A stretch of 64,000 nt of DNA from an uncultured Gammaproteobacteria bacterium (GCA_964648865.1 CAZYLV010000002.1:15272-79271); one strand, 5' to 3'. Positions 37,489 to 46,056 are shown, counted from the stretch's first letter. Translations and numbers: made by a program. Notes: a model not told the origin generated them from the sequence alone.

Positions 37489-38256
37489 ATGACTCCTCGG
37501 ACTGCCATTATCGTCGCTGCGGGCATGGGGAACCGCCTGCGGCCGCTGACGGAGGATCGTCCCAAGTGCCTGATTGAAGTCGGCGGTCAGACCATGCTGG
37601 AGCGCGCCGTCCGCATCCTGCGTGGCGTCGGCGTTCCAGAATTGGCCATCATCCGCGGCTATCGCGGCGGGCAGATCGCGGTCGACGGCGCGCGGTACTT
37701 CGAGAACCCTGAGTACGCGCACAACAACATCCTCCATTCTGCCTTCTGCGCCGAAGAGGCCATGGCCGGAGGCTTCCTGCTGTCCTACAGCGACATCGTC
37801 TACCGGCCCTCTGTGGCAGAAGCGGCGTGCGCGACGGACGAAGACATCGCCGTGGTCGTCGATCGCGATTGGAAGCGCGCCTACGAGGGGCGTGACCTGC
37901 GCATGGAGGATGAAGCCGAGGTGGTCCTCGACGCCGATGGGGCGATCAGGAAGATCGGCAAGGGGGCGGTCTCGCCGGAGGAGGCGACCGGCGAGTTCAT
38001 CGGCATGGCGACGTTCTCCGGGCGCGGCGCGGACGTCCTGCGCGCGGAGTTCCATCGCCTGCTCGAGGCCTACCGCGGCCGCTTCGATGAGCCGTTCCAG
38101 CGGGCCGCGTCCTTCCGTAAGGCATACCTGACGGACATGCTCCAGGAACTCGTCGACCGCGGGGTGCGCGTCGGCGTGGTCCCTATCCACGGCGGTTGGC
38201 GGGAAATCGACACGCCGCAGGACCTGGAGCGCGCCAGCCGATTGTTCGCTTCATGA
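37489..38256 (+). CDS. MobA-like/LicC-like nucleotidyltransferase (sugar-/alcohol-phosphate cytidylyltransferase candidate)
   Basis: AIIVAAGMGNRLRPLTEDRPKCLIEVGG N-terminal NTP-transferase signature. About 255 aa. Confidence 0.7.
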   Translation: MTPRTAIIVAAGMGNRLRPLTEDRPKCLIEVGGQTMLERAVRILRGVGVPELAIIRGYRGGQIAVDGARYFENPEYAHNNILHSAFCAEEAMAGGFLLSYSDIVYRPSVAEAACATDEDIAVVVDRDWKRAYEGRDLRMEDEAEVVLDADGAIRKIGKGAVSPEEATGEFIGMATFSGRGADVLRAEFHRLLEAYRGRFDEPFQRAASFRKAYLTDMLQELVDRGVRVGVVPIHGGWREIDTPQDLERASRLFAS

Positions 38257-38260
38257 CCGT

Positions 38261-39610
38261 ATGACGGACCTCCGCAGGAAACGGGAAGGTGCGCTGCTGC
38301 TCGCCGTCCTCAACGACCTCAAGCGCAACGACGAGGTCGCGGCGCAGGAGCTCGGCGTCCCGCTCGAGGAGCTGCGTTCGTGGCTGCGCGGCGATGCCGA
38401 GATGCCCCGCGCGGCGAAGGAACGCGCCGCCGCCATCTGGCCGGTCAACATCCGGGACCTCGAGGTGGTCGAGGATGACGCGCCCGACGGGGTCCGCATC
38501 ATGCGCGCCGCGGAGTCGGAGGCGAGCGAGCGCATCCTCTCGCGCGCCGGCACGCCCTACTACGCCTATCGCGACACGGCCATGTCACGTACCGCGGCGT
38601 TCCGTCCCGAGTGGATCGCGGAGCTGGTCTCCGTCGACGGCGCCGACGCGGACGACCCGGCCGTCCAGTGGAACAACGGCCATCTCCTGCACCAGTTCAC
38701 CTACTTCATCGGTCCCGTCAATTTCTATTATGTCGAGGACGGGCAACGACGCGTCGCCGCCATGGAGACCGGCGATACCATGTACATCACGCCGTTCGTG
38801 CCGCATTCCTTCACGACGCGTAGGACCCCCGAAGGGACACGCGGGCTGATCCTGGCGCTGACCTTCGGCGGGCGGCTCATCGGCGACGCCCATCAGGAGC
38901 TCTCCGTGCTCGGCGAGCGACGCGCCCGGGCGTTGCGCCTGGGGGATGCCGTGGGCGACCAAGGGACGGCCGAGCTGCTGCGGCGCCGCATGCGCGACGC
39001 GCTCCACGCGCAGGATTCCTTGGCGGCCGCGAGCGGCGTGCCGCAGGACCGCCTCGCCGCTCTCCTCTCCGGGGCGCGCGCCTCGCCGGACGAGTTGCGG
39101 TCGCTGGCGGCGGCGCTGGGCGTCAATGTCCGCGACCTCCTGGGGCACGATGCCTCGGAGCCTGCCGTCATCATCGAGAGGCGCGACGCCGGGGAGGAGC
39201 GGGGATCCTCCACGGCCACGGTCCGCCCCCTGGCCGGTACCAGTCGGATGCCGGACATGCGGGCCTTCGAGCTGACGCTCCCGCCCGGCGATGGGACGCA
39301 CGGCCTCGAGACGGACCTGCACCAGTACGGCTACGTGCTCGCCGGGAAGGTCGCCCTGACCTGGGACGCCGACGGCACGGAGCGGCGCGAGGTGTTGGCG
39401 CAGGATGACTCCTTCACCATGAAGCCCGGTACGCCGCATCGCCTCATGGCCACGGACGGGCCGGCGCGGCTCCTGCTCCTGCGCATCGGCGGGGCGCTCT
39501 CCGGTGATGCGCGGCTCGAACTCTCGGCCATCGACGCCGGCGGCATCGGTCGGGCCGTCTCGGAATCGACGCAGTGGTACACGCCGTCCGGTTCGCGCGG
39601 CGTCTCATGA
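38261..39610 (+). CDS. Bicupin non-heme-iron oxygenase of the HEPD/MPnS/HppE family (tandem HTH-like + cupin repeats); MPnS-like candidate
   Basis: 449 aa with two repeats of a helix-turn-helix-like segment plus a cupin barrel. The first cupin has a putative metal site H141-x3-Q145...H182. It sits inside the Ppm-Ppd-ADH phosphonate module. Confidence 0.55.
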   Translation: MTDLRRKREGALLLAVLNDLKRNDEVAAQELGVPLEELRSWLRGDAEMPRAAKERAAAIWPVNIRDLEVVEDDAPDGVRIMRAAESEASERILSRAGTPYYAYRDTAMSRTAAFRPEWIAELVSVDGADADDPAVQWNNGHLLHQFTYFIGPVNFYYVEDGQRRVAAMETGDTMYITPFVPHSFTTRRTPEGTRGLILALTFGGRLIGDAHQELSVLGERRARALRLGDAVGDQGTAELLRRRMRDALHAQDSLAAASGVPQDRLAALLSGARASPDELRSLAAALGVNVRDLLGHDASEPAVIIERRDAGEERGSSTATVRPLAGTSRMPDMRAFELTLPPGDGTHGLETDLHQYGYVLAGKVALTWDADGTERREVLAQDDSFTMKPGTPHRLMATDGPARLLLLRIGGALSGDARLELSAIDAGGIGRAVSESTQWYTPSGSRGVS

Positions 39611-39629
39611 ACCGACCTGATCCAACCAT

Positions 39630-41273
39630 ATGACCAAAGCCAAGAAGCTCCGTGCGCTCCTCGCCGATCCCGCAAAGACCATCGTCATCGCCGGCGCCCA
39701 TAACGGCCTGTCCGCCAAGCTGGTGGAGGAGGCCGGCTTCGAGGGCGTCTGGGCGAGCGGCTTCGAGATCGCCACCTCCCACGCCGTGCCCGACGCCAAC
39801 ATCCTGACGATGGACGACACGCTGCGCGCCGCCAAGGACATGAACGACGCCGTCGGCATCCCGGTCATCGCCGACTGCGACAACGGTTTCGGCAACGCCA
39901 TCAACGTCATCCGCACCGTGCAGGAGTTCGAGCGTGCCGGCATCGCCGCGATCTGCATCGAAGATAACCAGTTCCCCAAACGCTGCAGCTTCTATTCCGG
40001 CGTGAAGCGCGAGCTGGAATCCGTGGAGGAGTTCGCCGGCAAGATCCGCGCCGCCACGCAGGCCCGCAAGGACCCGGACTTCGTGGTCATCGCCCGCACC
40101 GAGGCCATCATCGCCGGCTGGGGCGTGGAGGAGGCGCTGACCCGCGCCAACGCCTACGCCGACGCCGGCGCGGACATGGTGGTCATCCACTCCAAGTCGC
40201 CGGATCCGGGCGAGATCGCCGAGTTCGCGCGCCGCTGGCAGCGCCCGGTGCCGCTCATCGCCATCCCGACCATCTACAAGGACACCTCGGTCGACGATCT
40301 GGCCAAGATGGGCTTCAAGCTCGTCATCTTCGCCAACCACGCCATGCGCTCGTCGATCAAGGCCATGCGCGAGACGCTGCAGACGCTCCGCACGAGCAAC
40401 GTCGCCGCCTCGGTCGAGGACCGCGTGGTGCCGCTCACCGACGTCTACCAGATCGTCAGCCTGTCCACGATGAAGGAACAGGAAGCGGCGTTCCTGCCCA
40501 AGTCGCCGCCGCCCACCAAGGCGCTCATCCTCGCGGCGGGCGCGCCGCACAACGGACTCGAGGCCGAGGGCAAGCCTGTCTGCCTGCTGGAGGTGAAAGG
40601 CAAGACCATCCTGGACCGTCAGCGCGAGCTCTTCGAGTCCATGGGCATCGGCTCCGTGGCATTGGTGCGCGGCTTCGGTGCCGACCGCATCAGCGCGTCC
40701 GGGATCCGCACCTACGACAATGCCGCGTTCGACAGCACGCTGAACGCGGCCTCGCTGCTCGCGGCCGCCGACGAGCTCGACGGTCCGATCGTCATCTCCT
40801 ACGGCGACGTCATCTTCAACCGCGAACTCCTGCAGCAGCTGCTCGAACGTCGTGCCGACGTGACCGTGGCCGTCGATCACTCCTGGCGCGAGCGCTATGC
40901 CGCCAACAAGCAGGTCCGCCCCGGCACCGAGCTCGTGGTCACGGAACGCACGCCGGCCGTGACCAACGGGTATCTGGTGGACGTCGGTCCGAACCACGTG
41001 AAGGCGGTCGGTGCGGCCGTCGACCCGGCTGCCGCCAATGCCGAGTTCATCGGCCTGGCACGGTGCACGGAACGCGGTGCGACGCTGCTCGCCGAGACGC
41101 TCAAGGAGCTCAAGGCGCGCGACGCCGCGCGCTTCGCCAAACTGCGCCTGGCCGACGTCCTGGCCGAACTCGTCGCGCGCGGCGTCGCCGTGGAGACGCT
41201 CGACGTCTACAAGGGCTGGATCGACGTCGACACGCTGCTCGACTACCGCGCGGCGCTCGCCGAGGTCGCCTGA
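39630..41273 (+). CDS. Fusion: PEP mutase-like (ICL/PEPM superfamily) N-domain + LicC/PntC-like cytidylyltransferase C-domain
   Basis: N-terminal PEP-mutase fold (AGAHNGLSAKLVEEAGF, IADCDNGFGN, ICIEDNQFPKRCSF). C-terminal NTP transferase (LILAAGAPHNGLEAEGKPVCLLEVKGKTIL). The EDKx5NS motif is altered to EDNx5CS. Confidence 0.7.
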   Translation: MTKAKKLRALLADPAKTIVIAGAHNGLSAKLVEEAGFEGVWASGFEIATSHAVPDANILTMDDTLRAAKDMNDAVGIPVIADCDNGFGNAINVIRTVQEFERAGIAAICIEDNQFPKRCSFYSGVKRELESVEEFAGKIRAATQARKDPDFVVIARTEAIIAGWGVEEALTRANAYADAGADMVVIHSKSPDPGEIAEFARRWQRPVPLIAIPTIYKDTSVDDLAKMGFKLVIFANHAMRSSIKAMRETLQTLRTSNVAASVEDRVVPLTDVYQIVSLSTMKEQEAAFLPKSPPPTKALILAAGAPHNGLEAEGKPVCLLEVKGKTILDRQRELFESMGIGSVALVRGFGADRISASGIRTYDNAAFDSTLNAASLLAAADELDGPIVISYGDVIFNRELLQQLLERRADVTVAVDHSWRERYAANKQVRPGTELVVTERTPAVTNGYLVDVGPNHVKAVGAAVDPAAANAEFIGLARCTERGATLLAETLKELKARDAARFAKLRLADVLAELVARGVAVETLDVYKGWIDVDTLLDYRAALAEVA

Positions 41274-41274
41274 T

Positions 41275-42384
41275 ATGGTGGACGCACGCGCATTCGTCTC
41301 GGCGCTCGGCGCGGAAGGGTACCGGCTCGCCAGCGGCGTCCCATGTTCGCTGCTGGACACCTTCCTCGAGGCGCTCGATGGCCAGCAGGAGATCGCCCAC
41401 GTCCGGGCGGCCAACGAGGGAGACGCCCTGGCGATCGCCGGCGGCGCCGTCATGGGCGGGACGCCGGCGGTCGTCTATCTGCAGAATTCGGGACTCGGCA
41501 ACCTCATGAATCCGCTGACATCGATGACCGAGATGTACCGGTTGCCGACGCTCATGATCGTCACCTGGCGCGGCAACCCCGCGCGCAGCAAACCGGACGC
41601 ACCCGAGCACGCGTTGATGGGGGAGAAGACCCCGGCCTTCCTGGAGCTGTTCGGCATCCCGCACCGCATCATGCCGGACGACGACGCCGGCGCGCGCCAG
41701 GCGCTTGCCGAGATGTCCGCCGCCGCCCGTGCGCGTCGCGGCACCGCGGCGCTCATCGTCCCGGAAGGGCTGTTCGCCGCGGCGCATGCGCATGAGGCGC
41801 ATCCCGGCTTCACCCGGCAGGACGCCATCCGTGCCCTCCTCGGCCGCGCCCGTCCGGACGATCTCTTCGTGGCGACGACCGGCTTCACGGCGCGCGACCT
41901 CCAGGCCGTCCGCAAGGAGCGCGGCGAGACGAGCGACCGTGATTTCTCGATGATCGGCTCGATGGGGTGCGCCGCACCGATCGGCCTCGGCTTGGCCCAA
42001 GCCTCGGGCAAGCGCGTGGTGGTGCTCGACGGCGACGGCGCGCTCCTGATGCGCATGGGTGTCCTCTCGACGATCGGCTCCCTCCGCCCGCGGAACCTCG
42101 TGCACGTCGTCTTCGACAACGCCGCATACGAGAGCACCGGCGGCCAGGCCACGACCAGCCCGACCACGGACTTCGCCGCCGCCGCGCGCGCCTGCGGCTA
42201 CCCCGAGGCCGTCGTCGCGACGGATGCCGTGGCTGCGGCGCAGGCCTTCTCCGATGCGCCTGGCCTGCGCATGATCGTCTGCAGGGTCCCCGGCAGCACC
42301 GGCGCACCGGCCCCGCGCATCGCCGCCGAACCGGCGGACATCGCCCAAGACATCCGGCGCAGCGTGGGCGCTCCCCCCTTGTGA
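41275..42384 (+). CDS. ppd: Phosphonopyruvate decarboxylase (ThDP-dependent; sulfopyruvate decarboxylase-like family)
   Basis: Single-chain alpha+beta ThDP enzyme, 369 aa. GDGALLMRMG ThDP-binding motif. Adjacent to the PEP mutase-like gene. Confidence 0.7.
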   Translation: MVDARAFVSALGAEGYRLASGVPCSLLDTFLEALDGQQEIAHVRAANEGDALAIAGGAVMGGTPAVVYLQNSGLGNLMNPLTSMTEMYRLPTLMIVTWRGNPARSKPDAPEHALMGEKTPAFLELFGIPHRIMPDDDAGARQALAEMSAAARARRGTAALIVPEGLFAAAHAHEAHPGFTRQDAIRALLGRARPDDLFVATTGFTARDLQAVRKERGETSDRDFSMIGSMGCAAPIGLGLAQASGKRVVVLDGDGALLMRMGVLSTIGSLRPRNLVHVVFDNAAYESTGGQATTSPTTDFAAAARACGYPEAVVATDAVAAAQAFSDAPGLRMIVCRVPGSTGAPAPRIAAEPADIAQDIRRSVGAPPL

Positions 42385-43496
42385 CCTCCTTCCGCTTCCG
42401 CAACGCGTCGGTGACGAGCGGCGCAGGCGCGCTCGAGGTCCTGCGCACGTCGGCGCTGGACACGCGCGTCTTCGTCGTCTCCGGCCGGCATGTCGTCTCC
42501 GATCAGGTCCTGCATCGGCGCGTCACGTCGGCGCTCGGCGAGCGCCTCGTCGGTTGGGAAGCCGTCACGCCGCTTCCGTCCGAGGAGGGGGTCGGCCGCG
42601 TCGCGGCGCGGGCACGCGCGTCGGCCGCCGACACCGTCGTGGCCATCGGCGGCGGCTCGGTCATCGACACCGCCAAGACGGTCTCCGTGTTGGCCGCCAA
42701 CGCGATGGACGTGCGCGACGCGCTCGCCGGCGCCCTGGCCGACGCCACCGTGAAGCTGCGGACCGTCGCCGTGCCGACGCTGTGCGGCAGCGGGAGCGAA
42801 GTGACCCCGTTTTCCGTCCTGTACGCCGACGCGAGGAAGCACTCGCTCGAGTCGCCCCTGCTCCAGCCGGATATCGTGCTGGCGGATCCCGACGTGGTGC
42901 TCGCGCCGCCGGCGCCGCCCGCCAGCGCCGCCTTCCTGGATGCCGTCGCTCAAGCCGCGGAATCCTTGTGGGCCGTGCGTGCGGATGCCGAAAGCGAGGG
43001 GCACGCCGGGCGCTGCCTCGCGGCGGCCGCGGCGTTCCTCCAGCAGGACGATCCCGCGCTGCGCCGGGCCTCGCTCGGCGCGCTGTCGCTTGCCGGCGGC
43101 ATGGCCATCGCCATCTCCCGCACCACTGCGGCGCACGCCTTGTCCTACCCGTTGACCATCCTCCACGGCGTCCCGCACGGCGTCGCCTGTGTCGCGACGC
43201 TCCCGGCGGTGCTCGCCTGGAACGCCGACGTGCAGGAGGAGGACTGTCTCCATCCCCGCGGATCGGCCTTCGTGCGGGAGCGGGTGGCCGAGATCGCGGC
43301 ACTGCTGGACACGCTGGGCGGCGTGACGGGCGTCGCGGAGCGGTTGCGGGTGCCGGTGCGGTTGGGGGAGTGGGGCATCGGCGAGCGCGACCTGGATGCC
43401 TTGGTGGCGGCTTGCGCCAACCCGGAGCGCATGAACAACAACCCCCGCAGGATCACCGCGGAGGCCGTCCGTGCGCTGTACGCGCAGGCGCTCTAA
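42381..43496 (+). CDS. Iron-containing (group III) alcohol dehydrogenase, phosphonoacetaldehyde reductase candidate (PhpC/FomC/Pdh-like)
   Basis: VAIGGGSVIDTAK, GSGSEVT motifs. GTG start overlapping the upstream stop (GTGA). Confidence 0.7.
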   Translation: MTSFRFRNASVTSGAGALEVLRTSALDTRVFVVSGRHVVSDQVLHRRVTSALGERLVGWEAVTPLPSEEGVGRVAARARASAADTVVAIGGGSVIDTAKTVSVLAANAMDVRDALAGALADATVKLRTVAVPTLCGSGSEVTPFSVLYADARKHSLESPLLQPDIVLADPDVVLAPPAPPASAAFLDAVAQAAESLWAVRADAESEGHAGRCLAAAAAFLQQDDPALRRASLGALSLAGGMAIAISRTTAAHALSYPLTILHGVPHGVACVATLPAVLAWNADVQEEDCLHPRGSAFVRERVAEIAALLDTLGGVTGVAERLRVPVRLGEWGIGERDLDALVAACANPERMNNNPRRITAEAVRALYAQAL

Positions 43497-43708
43497 TCGA
43501 TGTATCCGAGGCTGCGGAGCCGATCGCGGACCGTGGCCTCCTGCTCGGCCGTATAGCGCTGCGTCGGCGTCTCCAGCCGGTCGCCGATCTTGTCCGCCAT
43601 CTGCCGCAACGCCCAGGCGAGATAGGCCTCGACCGAGGCGTATCCCTTCTCTGCGGCGCGTTTGGCGAAGCGGTCGTAGAGGTCTTGAGGGATTTCGATA
43701 TTCGGCAT
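43493..43708 (-). CDS. Small ribbon-helix-helix DNA-binding protein, paralog 2
   Basis: 71 aa. NIEIPQDLYDRFAKRAAEKGYASVEAYLAWALRQM plus the C-terminal ...RDRLRSLGYID. Convergent with the phosphonate module. Confidence 0.55.
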   Translation of the reverse strand: MPNIEIPQDLYDRFAKRAAEKGYASVEAYLAWALRQMADKIGDRLETPTQRYTAEQEATVRDRLRSLGYID

Positions 43709-43764
43709 AGACTGGGGGCAACTCACGGGCGATGATAGCACCGTCCCAGGACGGTGTCGATGGT

Positions 43765-44691
43765 ATGGAACACGTGCGATGCGCAATCTGCGGGACCGCC
43801 GACGCGGCGGTCGTGGCCACGCGCGGCTCGCTCGAAAAGGGCGGACCGACGCTCGCGATGCGCAACGTGATGTGCCGCCGGTGCGGCCTCGTGTACATGG
43901 ATCCACGGCCGACCGCCGAGGAATACGCCGAGCAGTATCGGCGGTTCGAGAAGCACCGCTACGGCATCGACAGCCAGGAGGGGGCCGACGCCTTCGTCGC
44001 CGAGCGCGGCGCGCGCTTCGATAAGGCGGACCTGATCCGTTTCGTCGCCTCGCATGTCGCGGTGCCTCCGGGGTCGATCCGTGCGCTCGACGTGGGCTGC
44101 GCCCATGGCCTCTTCTCGGAGCAGCTCAAGCGCACGCTCGGCTGCGCGGTGCAGGGCGTCGAACCCTCGGAGCGCCTGGCTGCCGCGGCCCGCAAGCGGG
44201 CGGAGATGGACGTCTTCGTCGGCACTCTCGATGCGTTCCTGAAGGCGCACCCGGATGCGGGCGGCTTCCACCTCATCGTGCTGAGCCATGTCTTCGAGCA
44301 CTTCCCGGATCCGCACGCCGCGCTCGAGGGCCTGCGTCGGCTGCTCGCGCCCGAGGGCGTGGTCTACGTCGAGGTCCCGGATGTCTCCCATTTCAAGAAG
44401 ACCATGGACCGGTTCTTCGACCTCTTCCACCCCTACTCCTACAGTCCGGCGACGCTCTCGCGGCTGTTGGAGCGCAACGGATGGAAGGCCATCGGCCGCG
44501 CCGACACCAAGAAGTACCGCCTCCAGGCCATCATCGCTCCGGAACGCCATCCGATGCCCGCGACCCGTTGGACCGAGGGAGGCGACCCGCGCGCGCTGAT
44601 GGCCGCGCTGCGCGCCAAGCGGCGTTGGGACGCCCTGCGGCGCGTGGCTGCGCCGATCGCGCGTCTGGTCCCGCGCCGACCCGTCGCATGA
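43765..44691 (+). CDS. Zn-ribbon + class I SAM-dependent methyltransferase (paralog family A, member 2)
   Basis: MEHVRCAICG...CRRCGLVYMDPRPT, then LDVGCAHG motif I. Clear paralog of 31480-32451. An alternative start lies at 43732. Confidence 0.75.
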   Translation: MEHVRCAICGTADAAVVATRGSLEKGGPTLAMRNVMCRRCGLVYMDPRPTAEEYAEQYRRFEKHRYGIDSQEGADAFVAERGARFDKADLIRFVASHVAVPPGSIRALDVGCAHGLFSEQLKRTLGCAVQGVEPSERLAAAARKRAEMDVFVGTLDAFLKAHPDAGGFHLIVLSHVFEHFPDPHAALEGLRRLLAPEGVVYVEVPDVSHFKKTMDRFFDLFHPYSYSPATLSRLLERNGWKAIGRADTKKYRLQAIIAPERHPMPATRWTEGGDPRALMAALRAKRRWDALRRVAAPIARLVPRRPVA

Positions 44692-46052
44692 CCCTCTCAC
44701 GCACCGTCCTCTCCGGCGTCTCGACGCTCGGCGGAGCCAACGTGGCCACGCGGCTGCTGTCCTTCGTCTCCGTCCTGCTCATCACCCGCGGCCTCTCGCT
44801 CGAGGGCTACGGCATGTTCCAGCTCGCGTTGGCCACCGTCGCCCCCGCGGCCACCTTGACCGCATGGGGGCTCGAGGCCGTGGTGCTCTCCGAAATCAGC
44901 CGCGCCGTCGGCACGCAAGCGTTCGGCCGCGCCAAGCGGCTCATGCTGAGCTTCGCGCGCAACAAGATCCTGCTCTCGGTGGCGCTCGTCGCCCTCGCCT
45001 GGCTCTTCCGGCCGCTGGTCGTCGCCCGCTTCGGCGGGTTCCTCAACGAGTACTTCGTCATCCTCAGCGTCTGGGTCGTCGCCAACGAGGCGTTGGCTGC
45101 CGTCGCGCTCCTGCTCCATGCGCACACGCGGTTCAAGGCCATGGCGGCCATGACCGTGGCCGAGCCGATCTTCCGTTTCGCGGCGGTCCTGGTGCTCTGG
45201 CAGCTCAAGGGCTTCACGCCGGTCACCGTCATCGGCGCGTACCTCGTGGGCAAGGCCGGCAGCGCGCTGATCGGCCTGCCGGCCATGGCGCGCGTGCTCG
45301 CGGGCTACCGAGGCGTCGCCGCCGACCCCGAGCGGACGTTCTGGCAGATGGTCCGCGGCCACGGCAAGTGGGGGGCCGTCTCCCAGGCCATCATCCCGCA
45401 GATCGACAGCACGCTGCGTCCGTGGATCACCAATCTCATGCTCGGCACCCAGGCCGTGGCCTTGGTCTCCGTCTCGACGACGGTCTTCTCGGCGCTGACC
45501 AGCCTCCTGCCGGTGCAGAAGGTGCTCATGCCCATCGTGGCGCGTGAGAGCGCTGACCGCCGCAAGGCCGCGCTCATCGCCCAGAAGGCGTCCAAGTACA
45601 GCCTCCTTGCGTACCTGGCGTTCGGCGCCGTGGCGGCGCTCGCGGTCGGGCCGTTCGTGCGGTTCTTCTTCCCCTACTACGGGGATTCGATCCTGCTCAT
45701 CCTCATCACGCTCCTGCGTTTGCCGTTCACCGCCGTCACGCCCGCCCATGACGCGCTCTTCAACGCCTATCGTCTGCAGAAGGGCTTGGCGGGCCACACT
45801 TTCCTCAAGCTGGTGTCGGACGTCACGCTGCTGCCGCTATCCATCCTGGCGTTCGGCATCGCCGGCATGTATTGGGAGCGCCTGCTCAACGTCGCGCTGA
45901 CGACGGTCCTGCGCGAGCGCTACCTGCGGTCACGGGCCCATCTCGCGGCCATCTCGTTGCGGAACCTCGTCGTTTTTGATAATACCGACGTCATGCTGCT
46001 GAAGATGGTGACCTCGCGGTTGCCCTTCTTCCGGCCACGTCCTTCCTCGTGA
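44688..46052 (+). CDS. Wzx-like polysaccharide/oligosaccharide flippase (MOP superfamily)
   Basis: About 12 predicted TM helices, the 'polysaccharide biosynthesis protein' family pattern. ATGA overlap. Confidence 0.65.
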   Translation: MTLSRTVLSGVSTLGGANVATRLLSFVSVLLITRGLSLEGYGMFQLALATVAPAATLTAWGLEAVVLSEISRAVGTQAFGRAKRLMLSFARNKILLSVALVALAWLFRPLVVARFGGFLNEYFVILSVWVVANEALAAVALLLHAHTRFKAMAAMTVAEPIFRFAAVLVLWQLKGFTPVTVIGAYLVGKAGSALIGLPAMARVLAGYRGVAADPERTFWQMVRGHGKWGAVSQAIIPQIDSTLRPWITNLMLGTQAVALVSVSTTVFSALTSLLPVQKVLMPIVARESADRRKAALIAQKASKYSLLAYLAFGAVAALAVGPFVRFFFPYYGDSILLILITLLRLPFTAVTPAHDALFNAYRLQKGLAGHTFLKLVSDVTLLPLSILAFGIAGMYWERLLNVALTTVLRERYLRSRAHLAAISLRNLVVFDNTDVMLLKMVTSRLPFFRPRPSS

Positions 46053-46056
46053 TCCC

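Noticed and set aside
41275-42384. Possibility that the ThDP decarboxylase is a sulfopyruvate decarboxylase (ComDE-like) feeding a sulfonate pathway, given the sulfur genes at 58-63 kb.
   Set aside because: It is a single fused alpha/beta chain directly coupled to a PEP-mutase-like gene and an Fe-ADH, the canonical phosphonate arrangement. No ComA/B/C-type genes are present. The ambiguity is kept as a caveat only.
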